64,000 nucleotides of DNA, taken from the NCBI GenBank assembly GCA_022749815.1, contig JAKIWV010000002.1, forward strand, positions 194,478 to 258,477. The letters run 5' to 3'. The notes beneath the pieces are model-generated. The model was given only the letters and a program-made list of their open reading frames with translations. It was not told the origin of the DNA and did not search any database. A program made the translations under genes and the position numbers. This document shows, piece after piece, positions 18,365 through 27,719 of the stretch (within the stretch, counting starts at the first letter, position 1; each line of letters begins with the position of its first letter). This DNA comes from Thermoplasmata archaeon (lineage in GTDB: Archaea > Thermoplasmatota > Thermoplasmata > Lutacidiplasmatales > UBA184).

Positions 18365-20224
18365 ATGAAAGAGCCGACGCCGCCCGCGGTCGATGACGAG
18401 CTCGAGGGGAAGATTGAGGCGATCGCTCGCATCGGAGCCTGCTACCATCCGACGATCGCCCCCGACGGCAGTGCGATTGCCTTTGTCTCGGACCTGAGCG
18501 GTTCCCCTCAAGTGTGGAAAGTCTCGGCGAAGGGCGGTTGGCCCGAGCAGCTCACCGCATTCGACGACCCGGTCCTTGGGGTGACTTGGTCTCCGAGCGG
18601 CGAGTGGATAGCGTTCTCGCTCGCTCCTGGGGGAGGAATGAACGGGCAAATCTGCCTCGTTCGGCCAGATGGGATGGGGCTAAGGCGACTGACCAAGGGG
18701 GGCCCGACGAACAACTGGCTCAATTGTTGGTCTCGAGACGGGCGACTTCTAGGATACTCCACGAACGAAAGCGACCCCTCACGGCTGGAGTGTGTCGCTA
18801 TGGAAATCCAGACGGGGGAATTGAAGGAGCTCGGTCACACTCCAGGAACCGGAGACGTTGTCGATTTCGCGCCGGATGGGAAGACCGCCCTCACCCTGGT
18901 CGACCCCCAGCGAGGTGATTCGAATGTCTACCTCGTCGACCTTTCCACCGGCAAGGCGAATCTGCTGACGCCACATGACGGAACCGCGAACATCAAACGC
19001 GCTCGCTTCGCTGCGGATAGTTCAACGATTTATCTATCCTGCAACCTCGGCTCGGATTTTATCCACTTCGCGCGATTGAAGCTCGGCCCCCGCCATACGC
19101 CGGGAGCCTTGGAAGTGCTCGCAGCGCGAGCCGACGCCGACTTGGAGTGGTTCGACGTGGGGGAAGACGGGCAAAGAGCGGCGCTGTTTTGGAATGTGGC
19201 GGGCCGTTGCGAAATGGACTTTGTCGACCTGAAATCCGGGAAGCTCACCAAGGGACCCGCTCTGCCAGGGGAAACTATTGACGGTCCGGTCTTCACCCGC
19301 GACGGCCAGACCCTGGTGTCGTCCTTCAGCGGTGCCACGTTACCGTGGAACGTGTGGGCGCTATACCCTGGCAGCCGCTCGTTCGAACAACTGACGCGGG
19401 CTCCCCATGCCGGCGTCCGCCTGGAGGAGCTGGTCCGCCCTGTGCTGCTCCAATTCAAGGGCGAAGACGGGCTGCCGTTATCGGGATGGCTCTACCGGCC
19501 GCGTGGATTCTCCTCCGCCATACCGGTCGTGATCAGCTTCCACGGCGGACCGGAGAGTCAGGAACGGCCGTACATCGACGCCACCTACCAGGCTCTGCTG
19601 ATTCAAGGAATCGGGGTTTTCGCGCCGAACGTCCGAGGGTCCTCCGGTTTCGGCAAGTCTTTCCTCAACCTCGATAACGGCCCACTCCGCGTGAATGCGG
19701 TTCTAGACATCGGGGCGTGCGTTCGGGCCGTCGTCGACGCTGGGGTGGCGGATCCCGCCCGAATTGGGGCGATGGGAGGGTCTTACGGCGGTTACATGAC
19801 CATGGCGGCGTTGACCGAGTTCCCCGACCTGTTCGCCGCCGGCGCGGACTTGTTTGGAATCGTCAATTTCGAAACGTTTTTCGCTCACAGCGAACCCTGG
19901 ATGGGCGCGGTCTCTAAAGCGGAGTACGGAGACCCCGAAACCCAGCGGGACCTGCTACGTGCACTATCTCCCATTCACAAAATTGACCGGGTGAGGGCTC
20001 CCACCCTGGTTCTCCACGGGGCAAATGATACGAACGTCCCGATAGTAGAAGCTCAGCAGGTGGTGGCCGAGCTCCGGAAACACAAGGTCCCGGTCGAGCT
20101 CATCCTCTTTCCTGACGAGGGACACGGCTTCGTGAAGACTCCGAATCGAATTCGCGCTACCCGGGAGATAGTTCGTTGGTTTGTCCTTCACCTCAAGGGG
20201 ACCCGAGCAGGCGATCTCCAGTAG
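18365..20224 (+). CDS. S9-family serine peptidase (prolyl oligopeptidase/dipeptidyl-peptidase type) with an N-terminal beta-propeller
   Basis: TolB-like propeller repeats, a nucleophile elbow GGSYGGYMT, and Asp/His in LVLHGANDTNV and DEGHGF. Confidence 0.8.
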   Translation: MKEPTPPAVDDELEGKIEAIARIGACYHPTIAPDGSAIAFVSDLSGSPQVWKVSAKGGWPEQLTAFDDPVLGVTWSPSGEWIAFSLAPGGGMNGQICLVRPDGMGLRRLTKGGPTNNWLNCWSRDGRLLGYSTNESDPSRLECVAMEIQTGELKELGHTPGTGDVVDFAPDGKTALTLVDPQRGDSNVYLVDLSTGKANLLTPHDGTANIKRARFAADSSTIYLSCNLGSDFIHFARLKLGPRHTPGALEVLAARADADLEWFDVGEDGQRAALFWNVAGRCEMDFVDLKSGKLTKGPALPGETIDGPVFTRDGQTLVSSFSGATLPWNVWALYPGSRSFEQLTRAPHAGVRLEELVRPVLLQFKGEDGLPLSGWLYRPRGFSSAIPVVISFHGGPESQERPYIDATYQALLIQGIGVFAPNVRGSSGFGKSFLNLDNGPLRVNAVLDIGACVRAVVDAGVADPARIGAMGGSYGGYMTMAALTEFPDLFAAGADLFGIVNFETFFAHSEPWMGAVSKAEYGDPETQRDLLRALSPIHKIDRVRAPTLVLHGANDTNVPIVEAQQVVAELRKHKVPVELILFPDEGHGFVKTPNRIRATREIVRWFVLHLKGTRAGDLQ

Positions 20225-20599
20225 CAACTTCCAGATACGGTGCCTTTGGGGGAGAATTTCTCACTCCTTCGAGATGGATTGCCGCGGTGGCCAAGGTCGA
20301 ATGTTAACGCTAGGGAGGGCGCAGCTAGCTCAGCGGAAGAGGACCTGCAGAAACTCGGATGCCTCCTCCCGTCTTTCTTTACGGGGCCCGGGGCGGTCCC
20401 TCAAACGCTGGTGAAATCTGCAGGGCCAACCACTGGCGCGGTTCGGTTAGGCGATTCGGCCTCCCACCCTTTTCAGTGGTGCCCGGACTCGGCCGCGCAC
20501 TCCGATGCCGCTCCCCGAGAGACTTCGGAACGGACCGGGCTGACTCCGTTCGATTCGATTTTTCCGCGGCCGTTAATCGCCGGTAGTATGGTATCTGGA

Positions 20600-20640
20600 A
20601 CCCACAACCGAGGGTGGGAACCCGTGCTCCCAATTTCCCT
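20600..20640 (+). repeat. tRNA-Trp 3'-end-like direct repeat, copy 3 (ACCCACAACCGAGGGTGGGAACCCGTGCTCCCAATTTCCCT)
   Basis: It shares a 12-nt core, CCCGTGCTCCCA, with the tRNA-Trp 3' end and about 33 nt with copy 2. It is a direct repeat flanking the S9 peptidase gene. Confidence 0.6.
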
Positions 20641-20706
20641 TCTCGCGGGTACACCCCCTGAGGACCCCCTCGGAGTCGATCCCGCGGCGCTGGCTCAACC
20701 ATTAAG

Positions 20707-21501
20707 ATGAGCGGCCCTTCCAGCGCCCGCGGAGCGGGGTCCATGGGATCGAAAGGGAAGGTGCTTCTGATTGCTGGAGTAGGGGCCGGCCTCGGGAGTG
20801 CGGTGGTAAGTGTTCTCGCCGCCACCGGCGCGACGGTGGTCGGTCTAGCCCGGAGTCGGTCGTCGCTCGACCCCCTTCAGAAACTGGCGGAGAGCCGGGA
20901 CTGGTCCTTCCGCGCGGCCACCGCCGACCTGCGGGTTCAGGCCGAAGTGAATGCCGTCGTGGACGGAGTGACGGCCGAGTTTGGACGACTCGACGGCGTG
21001 TCCGTCAATGTGGGACACTGGATGACCGGTGATACGCTCCTGCACCGTACGACCGAGGAGGAGTGGTCGACCGGGTTGCACGACAATCTCGACGCCATCC
21101 ATCGCGTGGGTCGGGCGGTGCTGCCCCCGATGATTAAGCAGGGACACGGCTCGATGGTGCTGGTCTCCGCGGCCGAGAGAGTCCGCCGGCTGGGGAACCC
21201 CTCCTACTGTGCCGCCAAGGGGGGGATTCTCGACCTCACCCAAAAGCTCGCGGCCGACTACCGGCCGTACGGCATTCGCTTCAATGCGGTTCTCCCCGGG
21301 AATATGGAGCATCAGCTCGGGGCGCTCGACCCGCCGGGGGGTGGTGACCCGATCCCACTGCGGAACAACTCGGGCGTCGATGCTTGGCAGGTGGCTCGGG
21401 CCATCCGATACCTGCTCCTCGAGGACGGCGAGTGGATTACCGGAGCTCTCCTGACGGTGGATGGGGGACAATCAACGGGCGGCACCGAAGCCCCGGCGTA
21501 G
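20707..21501 (+). CDS. SDR-family NAD(P)-dependent oxidoreductase
   Basis: Rossmann motif AGVGAGLGSAV and the catalytic YCAAKGG (YxxxK). Confidence 0.75.
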   Translation: MSGPSSARGAGSMGSKGKVLLIAGVGAGLGSAVVSVLAATGATVVGLARSRSSLDPLQKLAESRDWSFRAATADLRVQAEVNAVVDGVTAEFGRLDGVSVNVGHWMTGDTLLHRTTEEEWSTGLHDNLDAIHRVGRAVLPPMIKQGHGSMVLVSAAERVRRLGNPSYCAAKGGILDLTQKLAADYRPYGIRFNAVLPGNMEHQLGALDPPGGGDPIPLRNNSGVDAWQVARAIRYLLLEDGEWITGALLTVDGGQSTGGTEAPA

Positions 21502-21669
21502 CCCAGGCTATGGACCCGGAATCATTCCGGGCATTCTGGCCCTCGGACGAAACCTGAGGTCCGGCTGATGCCCGCCCACCGGACGCCGAGTGGTGAGAGC
21601 CGTCGCCCTCTTCCGCGTAGAGCGCGAGCCAGATTCCACAGCGCCCGAGCGCGCGATCACGCTCGGGCT

Positions 21670-22224
21670 TCAGGTCGACTGTTTCTCGGCCTCTTCGAGC
21701 GCGGAGACCAGAGGACCGAACTCGGGATAGCCATCGTACCTCGAGCCATTGATGAAGAAGGTGGGCGTTCCATTGACACCGCTGCGTATGCCGCTCATGT
21801 AATCTTCTTCAATCCGGGTCAAATGGACATGCTGCGCGACTTCGTCTTTGAGCTTGGCCAAGTCCAGCTTGAGCGCCCGTTCGTACCGGGCAAAGAAGCC
21901 CTCGTCCCCCAACGATGACTGGTGCTCGTAGAGAAAATCGTGCAGCTCCCAAAACTTCCCTTGAGCCCCTGCCGCCTCGGCGGTCTCAGCCGCCCACTGG
22001 GCTTGTGGGTGCAAATTTGTGATCGGGAAATTCCTGAAGACGAATCGCAGCCTTTTTCCTAGGTTCTTCTGGATCTTTTTCACGATTGGATAGGCTGCCC
22101 CGCAGTAGGGGCACTGGTAGTCTCCGTACTCGACGAGCACCACTGGCGCATCGGAAGGCCCTTCGAAGTGGTCTCGCTCTCCCGCGGGCAATGTCAGTCG
22201 GGGCGATTTGTACTTCTGGGTCAC
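21670..22224 (-). CDS. DsbA-like thioredoxin-fold oxidoreductase
   Basis: CPYC active site in VVLVEYGDYQCPYCG. Confidence 0.7.
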   Translation of the reverse strand: MTQKYKSPRLTLPAGERDHFEGPSDAPVVLVEYGDYQCPYCGAAYPIVKKIQKNLGKRLRFVFRNFPITNLHPQAQWAAETAEAAGAQGKFWELHDFLYEHQSSLGDEGFFARYERALKLDLAKLKDEVAQHVHLTRIEEDYMSGIRSGVNGTPTFFINGSRYDGYPEFGPLVSALEEAEKQST

Positions 22225-22245
22225 TGCGGTACACTCAATGGATCG

Positions 22246-22740
22246 CTAGGCGCGCCTGAGTTTCTCCAACGCGGAGAGTATCCCGTCCGCGCCGGGGTTG
22301 ATCCCGTCCGGGGAGAGCAAGCTCCATCGGATGATCCCTCGTTCATCGATTACGAAGAGCGCCCTCGCCGATTCGCCGACCCGGGCTTGATAGGCCCCGT
22401 ACGCCCGGGAGACGGCCCCCTTCGGCTCGAAGTCCGATAAGAGTGGAAAGTTCAGTTTGCGGTCCTTCGCAAAGGCAAGATGAGTCCAGATCCCGTCGAC
22501 GGAGATTCCGAGGACCTCCGCATTGAACTTCTTGAACTGGGGCATGACCTGAGCGTACAGTCCCATCTGGTCAGTGCAGACCGGGCTCCAATCGGCGGGG
22601 AAGAAGGCAATCACTACCGGTCTGCCCAGGAAGTCTCGAAGAGATACGGTCTGGTCCGGGGTACTTTTCAGGGTGAAATCTGGCGCCTCGGAGCCGGGCT
22701 TCAAAATGGAGGGCGGTTTGTTCCGGACGGTGCTGGACAT
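22246..22740 (-). CDS. Peroxiredoxin (AhpC/TSA-BCP type)
   Basis: FFPADWSPVCTDQM peroxidatic-Cys motif. Confidence 0.75.
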   Translation of the reverse strand: MSSTVRNKPPSILKPGSEAPDFTLKSTPDQTVSLRDFLGRPVVIAFFPADWSPVCTDQMGLYAQVMPQFKKFNAEVLGISVDGIWTHLAFAKDRKLNFPLLSDFEPKGAVSRAYGAYQARVGESARALFVIDERGIIRWSLLSPDGINPGADGILSALEKLRRA

Positions 22741-22760
22741 TGGATGGTGCGGGGCGTGTC

Positions 22761-22775
22761 CAATATAAAAACGGG
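22761..22775 (-). promoter_or_regulatory. Archaeal-type BRE/TATA-like element (minus strand CCCGTTTTTATATTG) ~25-30 nt upstream of the peroxiredoxin start
   Basis: It is the only AT-rich octamer in a GC-rich intergenic region. Its position fits a leaderless or short-leader archaeal promoter. Confidence 0.4.
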
Positions 22776-23149
22776 CCCTATCCTACATCTCATTTGCCCA
22801 ACACAGTGGTCGGGCCCGCGTGCCCGCGATGGGCCCCCCACTCGAGTCCCCCTCTGTTCCCCCATGGGCTGGTAGCGAGTCCATCTTGGGATGCGACCGG
22901 TTTTCTCGGAAGGTCCTCTGGCGATTCGGCCCTTACGCGGTCGCGGGAGCATTGCAGGCCCGTCCTGATATGGCGGCACGAGGTTGAGCAGTCACCCGCT
23001 CGCGCCAACCGTCACAAGGAACCTAAGGACGACAAACAGCACCGATGTTCCGAAGCCGATCGCCGGATCGAGAATCCCGATGGTCGCCGGGGGGTCGCGC
23101 CTTCTCTTCGCCGCGCCGTCTACCGGCATCCCATTGAATCCGGTCCCTT

Positions 23150-23575
23150 TCACGCGCGCTTCCCGAACCACCAGTCCTTCGAGTCGTCGGGCCAATTGAT
23201 GTCGATCACATCAAAGAGATTACCGTCCGGGTCGGCCAGCGTGACAAAGTCGTGCCCCGGCTCGGCTGCCCTCTCGAGCGTCGCTCCGAGGCGAAGAAGA
23301 CGCTCCACCTCTGCGCCCGGGTCCGAGGCATACAGATCGAGGTGGAGACGATATTCAACCAATGGGCCCTCAGAGGTCAGGCTCAGGTTCAGGTTGGGGC
23401 CGCGACCTATCGGGTCTCTCAGCATGACGCCGTCCGGTTGCGGGGGCTCCCGAGGAACGTAATGGAGGGCCTCTCCCCAGAACTCTATCATTCGAGGCAG
23501 ATCGGTGCAGTTCACAACGATTGAGCCGATCCAAATCTTGCTCCGCGCTGCCGGACCTTCCTCCTCCGAATCCAT
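23150..23575 (-). CDS. VOC (glyoxalase/bleomycin-resistance) family protein
   Basis: Paired beta-alpha-beta-beta-beta pattern (IWIGSIVVNCTDL...FVTLADPDGNLFD). Confidence 0.55.
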   Translation of the reverse strand: MDSEEEGPAARSKIWIGSIVVNCTDLPRMIEFWGEALHYVPREPPQPDGVMLRDPIGRGPNLNLSLTSEGPLVEYRLHLDLYASDPGAEVERLLRLGATLERAAEPGHDFVTLADPDGNLFDVIDINWPDDSKDWWFGKRA

Positions 23576-23874
23576 GGAGTCCTCCGTGCCCGTTGACCCC
23601 CGACCCTTGTTCGAGTCATAACCCTCCCGTCTTGGAGCCGGTGCGACTCACTTCGCCGCGGTACTAGAAGAAACGGAGTGCTGCAAAGTACCGGTAGCTC
23701 GACTGTTCCCGGGAGGCCCGCGCGGTCCTCGCCGTCGCTCAGGGCGGAGGGGGCCGAGACCTCGCGGAGTGCAGGTGACCTGCGAGGGTCGACCCTTCGA
23801 GGGGTTCTGAGGGGGTTGGCCTCGGGACAGAGGGACGCCGATGTCGCCTTAGCGAGGGCGCACATGAGCTCCGC

Positions 23875-24279
23875 TTGACCAAGCAGGCCGTGGCTTCCGG
23901 TCGGCCCGCCGCCGCATCGAATCCCCTTCGTGGTGCGCTGCTCGACCACGTCCTGATTTTCGTTCACGACTTCGATCGAATGCTCCGATTCCATCGCGAT
24001 ACTCTTGGATTCAAGATGCGATACGGCAACGATCATTTCGCCGAGCTCTCGTCGGCCGAGGCGCGGGAATCGGGCTCCACGCCGGAACCGACAAGGGGGT
24101 AACCCGCGAGCCGAAGATGCTGATCGAATTCCGGGTCGCCGATATCGGCCGTGCGGTCCGGACCCTTCGGGCCCGCGGGGTGAGCCCGTCCCCGATCCGA
24201 AACGAGCCCTTCGGTCGGATATCCGAGCTTCTCGACCCGGAAGGGCACCGGATAGGCCTCGAACAATCGAAGCGATAGG
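23875..24279 (+). pseudogene. VOC/glyoxalase family gene interrupted by a frameshift near 24095-24105 (G5 homopolymer)
   Basis: The N-terminal half (LDHVLIFVHDFDRMLRFHRDTLGF) ends at a stop at 24100. The C-terminal half of the fold (KMLIEFRVADIGRAVRTLRARGV...LDPEGHRIGL) continues in another frame. Confidence 0.4.
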
Positions 24280-24511
24280 ACCCCCTAGTCTCCGCCGGGC
24301 GCTTCCCCGGGCCCTCGTCCCCGGCTCCCGCAAGTTGCCTCGCGAGTTGGCGGGAACGTCCCGTGGCGGCTGGCCCCACTCCGGGTCGACGGTCGACCCA
24401 CTCAGGCCACGGACAGAGGTTTATTTCCCGGGTCGCCATCGGTGACCCGGCCACAGGCGGGCTAATACGGGGGTTCTACCTCGGTTTCCCTTCTGCGGCG
24501 AGGATCCGAAG

Positions 24512-25102
24512 TTGAGCCAGCGGGGAACGTACGTAGTCATCGAAGGCATCGACGGGACGGGGAAGACTGAGCTCGCCTCCCGGTTGGTTCCACCCCTTCT
24601 GCGCCGGGGCCACTCCATTTCTAGCTTCCGAGAACCGACCGACAAGTTCCTCCGGGAGCAGTTCGCTCGGCTGAGAAAGCTGGATTCTCTCGCCGCGGCG
24701 CTCTGCTTCACCGTTGACAGGGAAATGCTCCGCCCCGAAGTGGAACGGGCGCTAGAGCACGGGGACGTGGTGATCCAGGACCGTTCTTTCTATTCGACGC
24801 TCGCCTACCAGTTCCCCGCGTTGAGCCCCGAGAGCTTCCGCGAGCTGGAACGGATCGAGGAGCAGCTCGCGATCGAGCCCGACATTGTGTTGTATCTGGA
24901 TGCCCCCGTCGACGTCGCGGTCAAGCGGGTGGAGGCTACGGGCCAGCTCGATCCCTTCGAGAGCCCCCCGTATCTCGAACGGGTGCACAAGAAGTTCGAG
25001 CAGATGTTCCAGGCCCCCCGATGGGTCCGCGTCGATGCCCGGGGCGACCCCGATCGAACTCTCCAGCACGCAATGAATGTCCTGATGGCGGCCGGGCTCT
25101 AG
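24512..25102 (+). CDS. tmk: Thymidylate kinase
   Basis: P-loop VVIEGIDGTGKT. DRxxYS-like motif (VIQDRSFYSTLAYQ). Confidence 0.85.
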   Translation: MSQRGTYVVIEGIDGTGKTELASRLVPPLLRRGHSISSFREPTDKFLREQFARLRKLDSLAAALCFTVDREMLRPEVERALEHGDVVIQDRSFYSTLAYQFPALSPESFRELERIEEQLAIEPDIVLYLDAPVDVAVKRVEATGQLDPFESPPYLERVHKKFEQMFQAPRWVRVDARGDPDRTLQHAMNVLMAAGL

Positions 25103-25325
25103 CCCGCGCGCTGTCGGTTCAATCGAACTCTACGAGGTACTCTCCGCGCCTCGGCGGACAGGGGATGGCCCGATAGGGTTCCGTCGCGCACGTCTCTCAA
25201 CTCCGAGCCCCGGGGAGCCCACCCCCGAGGGAGCTCGAGCATTGATCGGACCCCTTCAACAGCCCGAGCGCACCTCGGGGACCGAAGCAATAAGGGGCAC
25301 AGACCCTGTCACCCAGGAAGTCCCC

Positions 25326-25694
25326 ATGCACGCAAAGATCCCGGCTCCCGGTGCTACCGCCGTGAAGGCTTTCGAAGAACTGACGCCGGTGGGCCCCAAG
25401 ATCGGGGTCCGGAAGGTCTTCGGTCAGCCCGCGGCGTTCGTGAACGGGAATATGTTCATGGGCGTCTTCGGCGAGAAGGTTTTCGTGCGCCTCTCCGAAG
25501 AGGAGGGCAGAACGGCAAGGGAGCGCGAGGGCCTCGCGCCGTTCGAGCCGATGCCCGGGCGCCCGATGCGTGGGTACGTCGTCCTTCCCCCCAAAACGCT
25601 GTCCGATCGCGTCACGGCCCGGCAATGGGTCTCCAAGTCCCTGACCTTCGCGGCAGGGCTCCCCCCGAAGGTTCCGAAGCGACCCCGCGGCTAG
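25326..25694 (+). CDS. TfoX N-terminal domain-like protein
   Basis: KVFGQPAAFVNGNMFMGVFGEKVFVRL and MPGRPMRGYVVL are typical of TfoX_N. Confidence 0.4.
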   Translation: MHAKIPAPGATAVKAFEELTPVGPKIGVRKVFGQPAAFVNGNMFMGVFGEKVFVRLSEEEGRTAREREGLAPFEPMPGRPMRGYVVLPPKTLSDRVTARQWVSKSLTFAAGLPPKVPKRPRG

Positions 25695-25742
25695 GGGGCG
25701 TCTGGCCGGACCGGCCCGTCGTGCGGTTATCTGCTCCCCGGC

Positions 25743-26459
25743 ATGTCTCACATTCGAGGGACAGCCGTGACGGAGCGCAGGGCCGGGCAGGGGGGGTTCA
25801 CGCCAGATTTCTTCCGTTTCCTTCGAGAGCTCGCCAAGAACAACCATCGGGAGTGGTTCAACGCGAATAAGGCCCGCTACGAGGCTTCGGTGAGGGACCC
25901 CTCGTTCGCCTTCGTCCGGGCCGTGGGACCCAAGTTGGCCTCCGTCAGCCGACACCTCGTTGCGGACCCGCGTCCAGTCGGGGGGTCGGTGATGCGAATC
26001 TATCGGGACATTCGGTTTTCAAAGGACAAGAGCCCGTACCGTACTTCCGTCGGCATTCATTTCATGCACGACGGCGGAACCGAGAACGACGAGCACCTCC
26101 CCGGGTTCTTCCTGCATCTTGCCCCGGCCGACTCATGGGTCTATGCCGGAGTGTGGCAACCGGAGCCGCCTCGACTCGACAAGATCCGGAAAGCCATCGT
26201 CGCCCGCGCGACGGATTGGAAAAAGGTCCGGGCCAGTATCCCCCCCATCGAGGGCGAGTCGTTGAAGCGTCCGCCGCCGGGGTACGACGCTACCCACCCG
26301 CTGATCGACGACCTCAAGCGCAAAGGGTTCAGCGCGGGGCTCCCGGTCAAGGACCCGGAGGTATCTGGTCCAAATTTCCCGGACCGGTTCGTAGTATTGT
26401 GCCAGAAGCTCGACCCGCTGAATCGCTTCCTCGCTCGGGCGATCGACGTCGCCTACTGA
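25743..26459 (+). CDS. DUF2461 (TIGR02453) family protein
   Basis: FFRFLRELAKNNHREWFNANKARYE...IYRDIRFSKDKSPYRT matches the DUF2461 N-terminal consensus. Confidence 0.6.
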   Translation: MSHIRGTAVTERRAGQGGFTPDFFRFLRELAKNNHREWFNANKARYEASVRDPSFAFVRAVGPKLASVSRHLVADPRPVGGSVMRIYRDIRFSKDKSPYRTSVGIHFMHDGGTENDEHLPGFFLHLAPADSWVYAGVWQPEPPRLDKIRKAIVARATDWKKVRASIPPIEGESLKRPPPGYDATHPLIDDLKRKGFSAGLPVKDPEVSGPNFPDRFVVLCQKLDPLNRFLARAIDVAY

Positions 26460-26488
26460 GGCTGGGCCGCCCCCCCCCGCGCGTCTTG

Positions 26489-26887
26489 TCAGGCCGGGGT
26501 CTCCGGAGCGGATTGCATGTCGCGCCAGGCGCAGTAAAGGATCAGGGCACTGACAACGAGGACCACTGCGGAAAGTGCCAGGGGCCCCGGCGGATCCGGC
26601 GGCCCCGCAACGGCCGAAAGGTCGAACAGGACGATTGCGACCGCCGCGGCCGCCACGATCAGCGCCAGGCGAGCGGTCCAGTCGGACATGCGACGCGCCG
26701 TTGCGACGGCGGCCAAGACCCCGGCAAAAATCAGGATGGTGAGTCCCAGAAAGACCGGCCCCGCCCACATGGCGTAGTCGGTGAACTTCCGAGTCTCGAT
26801 TCCGAACCCCGGTAGGGAAACGACGAACAGAACCGCCTCGACCAGTAACAGAGCGACGAGGGGCCTCCCTAGCTTCTTCGTGGCCAT
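26489..26887 (-). CDS. Hypothetical membrane protein (4 TM)
   Basis: Hydrophobic helices. No family recognised. Confidence 0.4.
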   Translation of the reverse strand: MATKKLGRPLVALLLVEAVLFVVSLPGFGIETRKFTDYAMWAGPVFLGLTILIFAGVLAAVATARRMSDWTARLALIVAAAAVAIVLFDLSAVAGPPDPPGPLALSAVVLVVSALILYCAWRDMQSAPETPA

Positions 26888-27016
26888 GGCCCGCGATAGA
26901 GCCGCCCCTACTTTTCGATTCCCAAACAGGCATCACCGCCCGCAGCGGCCCAGGGGGCCGACTCCCCGGCCCTACCCGCGAGGGCCTCTTCGCGGGGCAC
27001 CAAGCCCGGCCACGGT

Positions 27017-27517
27017 TCAGTAGTGATCCGGAATCGGCCCGTCCCACGGTTCTTCCGGGTGATCGTAGAGACAAATCAGATTGCCATCGGGATCCGGGAT
27101 GTAGGCGATCCGGTGGCCGGACGCCGGTGTCCAGACATCCTGCTCCATCGCCTGGGCCACGCGCGGGTCGGCTGTGGCCCGTTCAACCCCCGCCGGGTTC
27201 ACCCAGAGTTTCCGGTTCACGGGCAAGACCCCCCGGGCCTGCAGGCGCTCGAGCATCTCCGGTACACTCCTCACGCGCACCTCGATGTGATCGAGTCCCT
27301 CCCCAGCCACATAGGGGGCCCAGAACGGACTGGCCTCAGAATACCAGTTCAGCTCGAGCCGTTGGCCCGAGCGTCGGTCTTTGAGGAGCACGTACGCGCT
27401 GTCGTCGTCCGCTTCGCGCTTGAGTTCCACCAAGTCGAGGAGGCTCGAGTAGAACTCTATCGATCGTTCCAGGTTGGTGACCCGGATGCCGATGTCGCTC
27501 AGCCATGCATCGGCCAT
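27017..27517 (-). CDS. VOC (glyoxalase) family protein
   Basis: LSDIGIRVTNLERSIEFYSSLL and IPDPDGNLICLYDHP. Confidence 0.55.
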   Translation of the reverse strand: MADAWLSDIGIRVTNLERSIEFYSSLLDLVELKREADDDSAYVLLKDRRSGQRLELNWYSEASPFWAPYVAGEGLDHIEVRVRSVPEMLERLQARGVLPVNRKLWVNPAGVERATADPRVAQAMEQDVWTPASGHRIAYIPDPDGNLICLYDHPEEPWDGPIPDHY

Positions 27518-27719
27518 GGAATCGAAAACCCCCCCGGCGGATTAGGGCTTGCGCTTGACTCACCCGGGTGCAAGCGGACGAGGATCCGGTGGCTCGTGCT
27601 CCCTCCAACGGAAACGGAATCTCCTCGGAGCTGGCCGACCGACCGGGAGCGACGCCACCGGGTGGAGGGGGCGGCCCTTAGCCCCCCGGACGGGACGAGC
27701 GAGCGCGCTCGACCCCGGC

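Noticed and set aside
20320-20390. tRNA-like start GGGCGCAGCTAGCTCAGCGGAAGAGGACC in the intergenic region before the SDR gene
   Set aside because: The D-stem does not pair, and there is no T-loop or acceptor 3' strand. It is not a tRNA.
7523-20640. Integrase, excisionase or transposase within the repeat-bounded island
   Set aside because: No ORF shows tyrosine/serine recombinase or DDE motifs in any frame I examined. The island is interpreted as decayed.
22740-23462. ORF 22740..23462 (+) and neighbours in the prx-VOC intergenic region
   Set aside because: Low-complexity translation that overlaps the promoter region. It is treated as non-coding.
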